From: a virus
Reading direction: 5' to 3' (one strand)
Length of the DNA: 64,000 nt
IMG/VR virus record: IMGVR_UViG_3300017987_000070
Location: 21,797-85,796 of that record
Shown here: piece by piece, positions 37,395 through 46,200 of the stretch
Layout of the letters: every line of letters begins with the position of its first letter
How positions within the stretch are numbered: position 1 is the stretch's first letter
Program-made: the position numbers and the translations under genes
The notes under the pieces: model-generated
The model's input: only the letters and a program-made list of their open reading frames with translations
Databases searched by the model: none
Told to the model about the DNA's origin: nothing

Positions 37395-40300
37395 TTATCT
37401 CCTCTCCAGTACAGTTAAGGATCTGCCAATGGTGATCACGGTAGCTGAAGACACAGCTCGTCTTACCGTGACGACATCTCCCGAGTTCAGGCTGAGCAGG
37501 CTCGAAAAGCTGACCGTGAATTGTCTATTGGCACCTACAAAGGCGACCGTCTCATAGGATCGTAGGGTGTTGGGAACTTGCGTACCATTGACGTAGAGCG
37601 CGAATGAGGTCGACACAGGCGCATTTGTGGTGATGCTGGTGAGGCTAACGTGTGCGATGTACGAAGATGTGTTGTTCACCGTGATGGACAGATCAGGAAC
37701 GTCTACGAAGGTCGTAGACGTCGTGCTCACCGCGTTGGAGGCACTGACCTGTTGGTCATCAAGAGCGGGCAGCGACACGTTAACCTCAGTTTGGTTCCCG
37801 CCCGCGTTGGCTACGGACACGAGTGGTCCGGTGAAGTTGAGCGTGTCGTAGGTGCCGGGAAGAGACGCGCCCTCATCTTGGATGGTGATCGCACTGCCGG
37901 GAGGCCCTTGCGGCCCTTCAGGACCTTGTACGCCTCGGATAGCATAGATCACCAGACCACATTGATCTGCCACGGTGCGTATATCGTCGTTACCTGAGAG
38001 ACGGCGAGCTTCGAGGCGGAGCTGATCTCCCACGTCGAGGTCCAAAATCGTGGTCACACTGGCGTTACCTCGACCTTGTGAGCTGTTACGGTTGTAAACC
38101 GCGCCGGTCATGCCAGGGATGCTCGCAAAGCCTCCTCCCGTGTTTCGGGTGACACGTACCTCCGAGGTGGTACGTCCACCCGAGTCAAAGTTTTCCAAGG
38201 TACCATAGCCTATGATCACGTAGCGGCCTGCTACATTGACCGTGACGTTGGATGTCCCTGGAATATGTGTAAAAGCTGAGGTTATGAGGTTCTGCGCGCC
38301 CAAAGGGACTGCTGCAAAGGACGTGGGTAGCGTGGGACCATTAACAGTGGTGACACCCGCGAATGCGTTAAGATCTTGAGAGAGGGTACGACTCTCCAGA
38401 GTCCAACCCCCGGACCCGTTCGACACCAAGATGCGATCGGCTACAGCGCCACCGCTCGAAAGGTTTTGAACCACAAGTGAATCAGATCCGCCAGCGCTGT
38501 GTGTTGAGGCGTGAGCGTTGGGATCTCTGGGTTGGGAGGCATCATCCAAAGTAGCGTCAGTGATTTTCCCGTTCAACTCGGCAAGAGTACCTGAACCAAG
38601 GTTCCCTATGTCCGTGTTGTGAGGGTTGTCCGTCCGAGCGATGTGTGTGTTCGTGGTGCTCGCCTGAGCTGACACGTCGATACCGTCAACTGTGGAGACG
38701 TTGACTACAGCGTTTCCGCCAATATCTACGTTACCTGTGAAGGCTCTACCTCCATCGGTTCGAGCATACTGAGGGTGATCATCATCCCCCAGACCGCTCA
38801 AGGAGCCGTGGTCTGTCGTATCAGTAGGTGTAGGAATGAGCACCCAACCGCCCGTGCCGTTAGACTCCAAGATGCGTCCTGAAGGCGCGGCCCCGCTGGA
38901 TAGGTCTTGAGCGGTTACCGGGTCGCTGCCCCCGGCGCTGTGCGTTGAGGCGTGAGCGTTGGGATCTCTGGGTTGGGAGGCATCATCCAAAGTAGCGTCA
39001 GTGATTTTCCCGTTCAACTCTGCCAGAGTACCTGAACCAAGGTTCCCTATGTCCGTGTTGTGAGGGTTATCTGTGCGAGCGATGTGTGTGTTGGTTGTGG
39101 TCGCTTGAGCTGACACATCCACGCCGTCAACCAAACCCACGTTGGTCACATCATTGGTGCCCAGATCAACATCTCCCGTAAACGCGCGTGTTCCCGATGC
39201 CAGCACATACTGAGGGTGATCATCATCTGCCAGCCCCCCTAACGCGCCGTGATCTGTGATCACCGTAGGTGTGGCGATCAAAGAGAAGCCCCCTGTTCCA
39301 TCGGTCTCCAGCAGTTGTCCCGAAGGTGCAGCCCCACTCCCCAGGTTTTGCACCGTAAGCTCATCACTCCCGCCTTGTTCGTGTGTTGAGGCATGTGCGT
39401 TAGGATCACGTGGGTCACTGGCATCGTCCAACGTGGCGTCAGTGATCTTACTATTCAACTCGGCAAGAGTACCAGAGCCAAGGTTTCCAATGTCCGTGTT
39501 GTGAGGGTTGTTCTGCTGCGCGATGTGTGTCGTGGCGTTGGTGTTGAGCGCGGACACATTCACGCCATCGACATCCCCTGTAACTTGAATATCTCCTGCG
39601 ACCGAAAGATTGCCGCTGTCACTGATGGTCACCGTGGAGTCTTGAATGACCTGACCCGTAACTCCATCAAAGCGCGCCACGGCGTTATCCGTAGAGCCCC
39701 CTGCATTAGAGACTTGACCGGGCGTCACTGGGCGTTCAAACCATACGCTGCCGTCAAAGATATAAAACAGACCGTTGGATTGGACAAACGCCTCATCCCC
39801 CTCTTGAACTACCAGGGCATCACGAGCCGAAATGTCTGCGACCACATCAAACGAGGGAAGCGCCGATGCCGGAATTTGACTTGTCGGTACCTTGCCCGTA
39901 GCGTCTAGCTCTGCTACCCCGTTATTCGCACCCTTCTGTGAGGTAGGGATTGCTCCAACGTCAGAAGCCGTGGTACCGTGGGGGTTGCCCGAAACGATGT
40001 TACGGTGTACGGTGTTGGCCGCCACGTCGGAGTTCGCGCTGACGCGAGCTTCCGTGTAGTAAAGGTTTGTGCCCCCTTCACTCAACTCATCGGTGTCCTT
40101 GTTAGAAAACGCTGTATCAAAGCGACCCGAGTTCAGGTATTGCGTGTGAGGGTCGCCCACAGTAAGATCGGGCAAGCTGTTGTGGGAGAGGGGATCACTG
40201 CCTCCGTCCTGATGTGTGGCCGCATGAGATACAGGAGGGCGTGCCGTACCCGCTGCGTCTACAGTCTCGGGAAACAGCTTGTCGTTAAACTCTGAGAGGT

Positions 40301-41516
40301 CAAAAGTTCCGCTAAGACTCTGGAAGCTCGTGCCGTGCGGGTTTGTCTGTCCTACATGCGTGTCGAAGTCGCTCTTGAGGGTAGACACGTCAACTCCGTC
40401 GACGTCCCCCACGTTGACTACATCATTCCCACCAAGATCCGCGTCTCCGTTAAAGGCTCTTGTACCGTCTGATCGGATATACTGAGGGTGGTCGTCATCA
40501 GCTAACCCGCTGAGGCTACCATGATCTGTAATCACAGACGGAGTAGGTATTAACGAGAAGCCTCCCGTCCCATCAGTCTCTAGAAGTTGACCAGACGGGG
40601 CGCCGCCGCTTCCCAAGTCCTGTACGGTAAGCTCATCGCTTCCTCCTTGAGCATGAGAAGCCGCGTGCGCATTCGGGTCTCTAGGGTCACCTGCGTCATC
40701 CAACGTCGCATCGGTAACCAACGCGTTGAGATCCGACAAGGTACCTGACTCCAAATTATCAAGTCCCGTCAGGTGTGGGTTGTCAGTTCGTCCACGGTGC
40801 GTGGTGTTTGCGCTCACGTTCGAGTTGGCGTTCACCCGAGCTTCCGTATAGTACCGATTCGTACTACCTTCGCTAAGCTCATCTGTAGTGCGTGCAGACA
40901 GCCAAGACGTGATACGGCTCAAATTGAAATACTGAGTGTGCGGATCACCTACGGTCAAGCCTGCCAGCGTGTTGTGAGCTAGAGGGTCGCTACCTGAGAC
41001 CCCGTGAGTAACAGCGTGAGCATTTGGGTCTCTTGGGTCTCCTGCATCATCTACATTCGCGTCTGTAAGGGCAGCGTTTAGTTCTGAAAGTGTGCCAGAG
41101 CCTAGATTGCCAAGGTTTGTATCATGCGGGTTGTCTACACGAGAGATGTGCGTGGTGGTGTTCGAGCTGAACGCGTCGAAGTCCACCCCATTGAGAGTTC
41201 CAACATTTTCAATGGAATTCCCGGCGAAGTCCTGATTGCTCTCCTGAAGCTCCACATCAGCGGGCTCTTCACCGTCATGAGCCGAGATGACGGCATCAAG
41301 CAAAAGCTTGTTGACGGGTAAGAGCGCCGAAGAATACCGCACTTCGATCTCAGTAGGCGTGGTGCCTCCAAATGCAGGAACGGAGCTAAAGGACACGCTC
41401 TCATAGCCCAAGAGACGGCCTACCAGAGAATCTTCCAATTCCTGATTGAGCTTGGAAAGGCTCACCGTACCTTCTGCTGTATCAGAGAGAATATTATACG
41501 CGTAGACTACAGACAT
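37395..41516 (-). CDS. Long His-repeat fibre protein with short collagen segment and C1q/BclA-like distal domains
   Basis: Six H..R.DNPH...PRDPNAHA.TH..GGSD-type repeats, DHG.L.GL.DDDHPQY x3, GDPHTQY x2, KGANNGVAELDATGKVP, GVQGPEGPQGPPG, and beta-sandwich C-terminal domains. Confidence 0.75.
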   Translation of the reverse strand: MSVVYAYNILSDTAEGTVSLSKLNQELEDSLVGRLLGYESVSFSSVPAFGGTTPTEIEVRYSSALLPVNKLLLDAVISAHDGEEPADVELQESNQDFAGNSIENVGTLNGVDFDAFSSNTTTHISRVDNPHDTNLGNLGSGTLSELNAALTDANVDDAGDPRDPNAHAVTHGVSGSDPLAHNTLAGLTVGDPHTQYFNLSRITSWLSARTTDELSEGSTNRYYTEARVNANSNVSANTTHRGRTDNPHLTGLDNLESGTLSDLNALVTDATLDDAGDPRDPNAHAASHAQGGSDELTVQDLGSGGAPSGQLLETDGTGGFSLIPTPSVITDHGSLSGLADDDHPQYIRSDGTRAFNGDADLGGNDVVNVGDVDGVDVSTLKSDFDTHVGQTNPHGTSFQSLSGTFDLSEFNDKLFPETVDAAGTARPPVSHAATHQDGGSDPLSHNSLPDLTVGDPHTQYLNSGRFDTAFSNKDTDELSEGGTNLYYTEARVSANSDVAANTVHRNIVSGNPHGTTASDVGAIPTSQKGANNGVAELDATGKVPTSQIPASALPSFDVVADISARDALVVQEGDEAFVQSNGLFYIFDGSVWFERPVTPGQVSNAGGSTDNAVARFDGVTGQVIQDSTVTISDSGNLSVAGDIQVTGDVDGVNVSALNTNATTHIAQQNNPHNTDIGNLGSGTLAELNSKITDATLDDASDPRDPNAHASTHEQGGSDELTVQNLGSGAAPSGQLLETDGTGGFSLIATPTVITDHGALGGLADDDHPQYVLASGTRAFTGDVDLGTNDVTNVGLVDGVDVSAQATTTNTHIARTDNPHNTDIGNLGSGTLAELNGKITDATLDDASQPRDPNAHASTHSAGGSDPVTAQDLSSGAAPSGRILESNGTGGWVLIPTPTDTTDHGSLSGLGDDDHPQYARTDGGRAFTGNVDIGGNAVVNVSTVDGIDVSAQASTTNTHIARTDNPHNTDIGNLGSGTLAELNGKITDATLDDASQPRDPNAHASTHSAGGSDSLVVQNLSSGGAVADRILVSNGSGGWTLESRTLSQDLNAFAGVTTVNGPTLPTSFAAVPLGAQNLITSAFTHIPGTSNVTVNVAGRYVIIGYGTLENFDSGGRTTSEVRVTRNTGGGFASIPGMTGAVYNRNSSQGRGNASVTTILDLDVGDQLRLEARRLSGNDDIRTVADQCGLVIYAIRGVQGPEGPQGPPGSAITIQDEGASLPGTYDTLNFTGPLVSVANAGGNQTEVNVSLPALDDQQVSASNAVSTTSTTFVDVPDLSITVNNTSSYIAHVSLTSITTNAPVSTSFALYVNGTQVPNTLRSYETVAFVGANRQFTVSFSSLLSLNSGDVVTVRRAVSSATVITIGRSLTVLERR
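38494..39092. repeat. 158-bp direct repeat (38494-38651 and 38935-39092) within the fibre gene
   Basis: Six mismatches by my reading, all synonymous. Offset 441 bp (147 codons). Confidence 0.9.
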
Positions 41517-41527
41517 AAGTTACTCTC

Positions 41528-42355
41528 TCAAGAGACGCGATAGAACATCAAGTAAGATGTAAATAGGGTGGATTCGTCGTTACTATCTGAAGTGCCGAAC
41601 GCGAACGTAATCGTGTAAGTAGCAGGATTGAGCGTGAACAAGACAAAACCGGAAGCAGGGTGTACCTGATCCGTACCTGAGCCTCCCAGCGATGTTCCGG
41701 CAGAGTCTTTGGGTTCTTGCCTGTGCAGATAAAACTGCGTGTTATCGAGATAGATAACAGCTACGAAGTCATCCGACTGACTATCATGATTCCACGTATA
41801 AGCGTAATCTAGTCTGTAAACCCCAGCCTCCGCGATGGTAAAGTTGAGTGTCGCTCGCGTCAGCAAGCCGTCTGTGGGAGGATTGCCAGGGTTATACTCT
41901 GCGGTCGTGGTGACGATATTTGTGTTGATATCCGTGATCAGACTCTCAAAGAGTGGTGAGTCTAGCTCAGCATCGATCCCTGCGAGATGCGCCGAGAGAT
42001 GGTCCACATCCGAGACCTCGGGAGGCGTTGTGATCGGGGTGTAGTTCGCAGGTGTGAAGTCAATGTCAAGCTGATCTGCATCGATCTCATCTGCGCCGCC
42101 TTGGATATGACTCGGAGCGTGGGCGTTCGGCGCACTCTCTATAGCGACCCATGTTGTATTGGCGTCGTTTCGACGGTAGATGGTATTCTCATCCGTCTTG
42201 TAGAACAGTTCTCCCGGTGTCACGGAGCTACTGGGGAACACTGCGCCAGCGGGGACCACCAACACACCGTCGTTGTCCCTGTCATATGCGATGATACCCG
42301 TAATCGTGCGATCCGAATCATCGTTGATGAGCACTTGTGTAATTCCAATACTCAT
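41528..42355 (-). CDS. Fibre/decoration-type structural protein
   Basis: PNAHAPSHIQGGADEIDADQ shares modules with the neighbouring fibre genes; beta-rich C-terminus. Confidence 0.6.
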   Translation of the reverse strand: MSIGITQVLINDDSDRTITGIIAYDRDNDGVLVVPAGAVFPSSSVTPGELFYKTDENTIYRRNDANTTWVAIESAPNAHAPSHIQGGADEIDADQLDIDFTPANYTPITTPPEVSDVDHLSAHLAGIDAELDSPLFESLITDINTNIVTTTAEYNPGNPPTDGLLTRATLNFTIAEAGVYRLDYAYTWNHDSQSDDFVAVIYLDNTQFYLHRQEPKDSAGTSLGGSGTDQVHPASGFVLFTLNPATYTITFAFGTSDSNDESTLFTSYLMFYRVS

Positions 42356-43599
42356 GGCGTCCTCACTGTTGTCCCAGTCAAGAGACGTAAGCCGCTATAC
42401 GTGTACGTCGTCTCGATGCGAGACGTCTCAACGCCCGCTGCGTCATACTGTATAGCCGTATAGGTTGATATACGTCGAGATAGGCCCACATAGGTCACGT
42501 TCTTCTCACGAATCTTGACGGTCTTGCCTGCATCTGTCCACGTGATGATGTCTGTGATCCGGGCGAAGGCGTCGTAGGTGACCTCAGTAAACGAGTCCTC
42601 TGCGATCTGGTGAACCAAAGTATCAAGAGCTTCATGGGCGGCTTCGTCGATACCACCAAGCCCTCCCGAGACCACCTCATCAATCGCGTCTTGCACGTTC
42701 GTCGAGGTGAGTCCCGACGTGAGATTGTCATAGCTCACCTCAGCCGCCGTGGGGTCCGTAACGCTTATCTCCAACTGCTCGTTGGCGCCCACGCTTAGTT
42801 GCGCCAAGCCGATGCGCCCGGTGGCGATCAGCTTATCCAGAAGGAAGCCTGACGTGGTATCGGTCGCGCTGATGCGCACCTGTTCATCGGGTCCGAGTAC
42901 GCCCACCGCGCTTAGCTCCGACGTGAACTCCAAAATAGCCCCGACACGGGCGTCCGAGCGCCCCGTATCACTTACAGTAGAAAATCCTATACGGTCTCCT
43001 TGAACAAAGGCTACTGGGGAAGGGAAGATCGTTACCACATCTTCATCGGGAGGGTTAATGGTGACCGTACCTACCTGAGTAGAGTTGAGGGTCACTGCGA
43101 CGGTGGCACTACCGGCTGCATTTTCGGTGTTGAGCACCATGCCTACAATATCACCGTCTTCCCATGCGGGGATGCCTATGTCTCCTGTCGCTCCATTACC
43201 AAACGACCACTGCGTGCCGCTACCCAATGCTCCGTTTTCTTCTGCCCATATGAGCACGCGGTACTGAGTTTCAACAGAAGTGTCCAGTAGACCCGCCTCA
43301 TCGCGCAGAACGGCTGAAAACGGTCCTGAACGCGTAAGGAAAGCGGTAGATAAAAACTCGTCTACCAAGCTCTGATCGATGTCTGAAGTGCCATCATTCA
43401 AGATCAAGGTAGACGATCCTATCCCAAAGGCGTTGTCTTGACACAGTTCAACCAGATCCGTACTCTCAGCAAGCTCAAGAAGCGCGTCAAGAGCGTCAAT
43501 AGTCACTGAACCCCCAAACGGCTCCACTTCAAGGGCGGCATCGCCAATGACTACCAAAGAAGGTTGAGCCGCGTTTGTCCTAATGATGACCTGTGCCAT
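42352..43599 (-). CDS. Fibre/decoration-type structural protein
   Basis: Shares DNAFG.GSSTLILNDGTSDIDQS with 43606-45072. Contains A.EVSYDN..SGL..TNVQDAIDE, a trimeric fibre motif. Confidence 0.6.
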   Translation of the reverse strand: MAQVIIRTNAAQPSLVVIGDAALEVEPFGGSVTIDALDALLELAESTDLVELCQDNAFGIGSSTLILNDGTSDIDQSLVDEFLSTAFLTRSGPFSAVLRDEAGLLDTSVETQYRVLIWAEENGALGSGTQWSFGNGATGDIGIPAWEDGDIVGMVLNTENAAGSATVAVTLNSTQVGTVTINPPDEDVVTIFPSPVAFVQGDRIGFSTVSDTGRSDARVGAILEFTSELSAVGVLGPDEQVRISATDTTSGFLLDKLIATGRIGLAQLSVGANEQLEISVTDPTAAEVSYDNLTSGLTSTNVQDAIDEVVSGGLGGIDEAAHEALDTLVHQIAEDSFTEVTYDAFARITDIITWTDAGKTVKIREKNVTYVGLSRRISTYTAIQYDAAGVETSRIETTYTYSGLRLLTGTTVRTP

Positions 43600-43605
43600 A
43601 ACTTA

Positions 43606-45072
43606 TTACAGTGCCTCGTTATACTCAATGACCGCTACGGCGTTACGGAAATCAGAACTCCCTGAACCCGCAGTTCGTACAAGCGCCGCCGAAATGCGAT
43701 CTCCGGCCACAAGGGACTGACTCAACGCTACAGTCTGCGCTCCCGTGTTACCCGACGCCAATGCCAAGGTGGCCACCTGCGTACCGTTCACGCGGATAGA
43801 CAGGTTGTAGTCGTTCGTCGCGTCAGCGGATTCGACCTGAACTGAAGCGCCGGTAAGGGTGCCTGCCCTCAGTACGCGCTGACCCACAGCCGAAGAGGGT
43901 ACATCGCCCGCCAAAGAAAGGAAGCGAGTACCATTCCCTGGTACTCTCTTGGAGACCCCCAAGACGATCTGCTTGCCCACATACTGAGAGTTGGCGAAGT
44001 TGTCTTCGATGTTGCTGAACACGGCCTCAGCGGTATCGGGACCCCCAATATTAGTGTATGTACCCTCTACATCGATCTGATCCGCGTCGTGTTGGGATAC
44101 AGCACCATCCCCGCCACGATCCCCGTGCGCGTGAACGTGATCTGCGCGCGCAGCTTCATCCAGCGTTCCCGGCGCGTTCGTCGCGCCCAAGGGCTGAATA
44201 TCCGCAAGTTCGCCGTAGTCCACCTCGACATCATTGGCGTTGACGATGATGCCGGGTCCTGCCCCTACGTCCAGGGTGTTACCCGTCTTGGTCAGACCGT
44301 CACCCGCGACGATTACTCCGGCAGAGGAAAACTGCGTGAAGGTCAGAGGGTCCGTATCGACAACATCAGCGCCCTGATCCGAAGTACACAACCATCCTGT
44401 GTCGCCATACGTGGTACCTTCTTCGACGAAGGTGAAGGCGCCCGCGACCGTATCTCCGGTCTCGAAGTCTGAGGGGCGCGTCCACGCACCGGCTTGAACC
44501 AACCAGATGCCATTCTCAGATGGCGTGGTCTGGTTCGTGAGCAACACGCGCTCCCCAGCGGCCAAAGAGACCCCATCAATTGTCTGCGTACCTGTCAACA
44601 CCACGTTGCTGTCCGCAAGCGCACGGACAGACTCTTTAGGGTCTAGACCCTGAACGTTCGCATCGACATACTCTTTGGACGCAGCATCGCTTGGGTTGAC
44701 AGGTAGAGGCAGACCTGTTACAGTAGCCGTACCGTCTAGGGTGATGTTGTCATCAACCTCACCATCGGCGTTGTTCTTGACTACACCGAAGTCTTCGGCA
44801 TTGTCAGGGAGAACCAACGTGTCCAGAAAGTTTAGCGCATCTGACTGATCGATGTCAGACGTACCATCGTTGAGGATCAGCGTGGAGCTGCCCGCACCAA
44901 AGGCATTGTCTGTGAGTAGAGTTCGAAGGTCTTGACTCTCCTGAAACTCGAAAAGCTCGTCAATCTCAATAAATGTATCCTGACCTCCGCCTGAAGGAAT
45001 CAGGACGCCCACATCAGGAATGAGGACATCTGCGACTGTACCTGCATTACTCTTGATAATCAATGTAGCCAT
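43606..45072 (-). CDS. Fibre/head-decoration-type protein
   Basis: DAASKEYVD, GLDPKESVR, LTGTQTIDGVSL..GERVLL.NQT..SENGIW and ARADHVH are common in phage fibre/decoration proteins. Confidence 0.7.
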   Translation of the reverse strand: MATLIIKSNAGTVADVLIPDVGVLIPSGGGQDTFIEIDELFEFQESQDLRTLLTDNAFGAGSSTLILNDGTSDIDQSDALNFLDTLVLPDNAEDFGVVKNNADGEVDDNITLDGTATVTGLPLPVNPSDAASKEYVDANVQGLDPKESVRALADSNVVLTGTQTIDGVSLAAGERVLLTNQTTPSENGIWLVQAGAWTRPSDFETGDTVAGAFTFVEEGTTYGDTGWLCTSDQGADVVDTDPLTFTQFSSAGVIVAGDGLTKTGNTLDVGAGPGIIVNANDVEVDYGELADIQPLGATNAPGTLDEAARADHVHAHGDRGGDGAVSQHDADQIDVEGTYTNIGGPDTAEAVFSNIEDNFANSQYVGKQIVLGVSKRVPGNGTRFLSLAGDVPSSAVGQRVLRAGTLTGASVQVESADATNDYNLSIRVNGTQVATLALASGNTGAQTVALSQSLVAGDRISAALVRTAGSGSSDFRNAVAVIEYNEAL

Positions 45073-45099
45073 GCTACAACCTCCCAGTTAGTGTGGAGT

Positions 45100-46026
45100 T
45101 CAGGAAGAAATCAACTGTATATTCACTAAGGTGTTGCGAAAAACGCTACGCCCACTCCCACTGGTTCTTACGAGTCTCAAAGACAACTCGTCGTTTGCAC
45201 TCAAGGCTACTGCTGTAGCAGATACGACTTTGGTGTTCCCAGCCGCCAAGACTGCCCCTGCTGCAACTGAGCCATTTACAAGAACTTCAACGGTATAATC
45301 GTTCGTCTCGACTCTATCGACTGCGACAGAGATCGCCGCGAGAGTTGCATCTGTAGCCAGTATCCAAGGGACCGCTGACGTAACTACTTCCCCTGCCTTT
45401 AGAAAGAGAGTACCGTTTGAGGGGACACGCTTGTCTTGGTTGAACGTGATAGCCGAGAGAGATGATCCCCCGGTAATTGTATCCGAAATAGAGGGTCCAA
45501 TGTAGCGGTAGACCGTGGCATATACCTCGGTGACCCCCGCCGTGAACCAGTTGTCCGTTGCCGTCGTACCTCCCCATACAAGCAATCCGGCGAACGCATG
45601 GAAGAACCAGTTCGTGGGTCCAAACGCAGTGGTGATCTCATCCGTACCGGCAGCATCTCGAAAGAAGCGGGGGAAGTAACCCAGACCGCTCCCATCAAAC
45701 GGCGAGACCCAGTTCCCCAAAAGCTCCGAGTTGGGGTCTCCGAAAGTGTCGTAGAGTCCGAACGCGTTGTTGTTGGTACCGGGCACCACCGTCATGCGTT
45801 TGAGTTCAATCTTCTCCACGATGGTAGGGTTCGCGAGCGCGTAAGCGTCCGCCTGTGCCTGATCGCTCGCAAAGTCCGGTTGAATCGCTCGGATGTCGCG
45901 CCCATAGAGGATGGGCTTGGCAATGAACGGCTCTTGGAACCAATTCCTGACCGGAGAGGTATGCGAGGTCTGCGTGACGAACGCTTTAAACGCCGCTTGC
46001 GCCTGAATGTCGAATACAAGCGGCAT
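45100..46026 (-). CDS. Structural protein sharing its C-terminal domain with 43606-45072
   Basis: KRVP.NGT.FL...G.V.S...NDY...V.VNG...LVRT.GSG.S.FRN occurs in both proteins. Confidence 0.6.
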   Translation of the reverse strand: MPLVFDIQAQAAFKAFVTQTSHTSPVRNWFQEPFIAKPILYGRDIRAIQPDFASDQAQADAYALANPTIVEKIELKRMTVVPGTNNNAFGLYDTFGDPNSELLGNWVSPFDGSGLGYFPRFFRDAAGTDEITTAFGPTNWFFHAFAGLLVWGGTTATDNWFTAGVTEVYATVYRYIGPSISDTITGGSSLSAITFNQDKRVPSNGTLFLKAGEVVTSAVPWILATDATLAAISVAVDRVETNDYTVEVLVNGSVAAGAVLAAGNTKVVSATAVALSANDELSLRLVRTSGSGRSVFRNTLVNIQLISS

Positions 46027-46031
46027 GAGCT

Positions 46032-46199
46032 TTACACCTCTTTTTGACCTTCTCCGGCCTTCAAGGCCATCACAATGTCGTCTCGGAGAGCCTTCACCTC
46101 ACTCTCGGAGAGCCGCTTCTTGATCGTCAGTCCCCTTTGAAGTTCTATTTCGACTTCGTACCAGTCGATGTTTCTCTCTTTGACCTTGGTTACCTTCAT
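46032..46199 (-). CDS. Small 55-aa protein not in the ORF track
   Basis: MKVTKVKERNIDWYEVEIELQRGLTIKKRLSESEVKALRDDIVMALKAGEGQKEV. Fills the gap 1 nt after the upstream stop. Confidence 0.65.
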   Translation of the reverse strand: MKVTKVKERNIDWYEVEIELQRGLTIKKRLSESEVKALRDDIVMALKAGEGQKEV

Positions 46200-46200
46200 C

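Noticed and set aside
38494-39092. Diversity-generating retroelement TR/VR pair or CRISPR array
   Set aside because: Both copies are in-frame coding with synonymous differences that are not adenine-specific. There is no reverse transcriptase and no repeat-spacer pattern.
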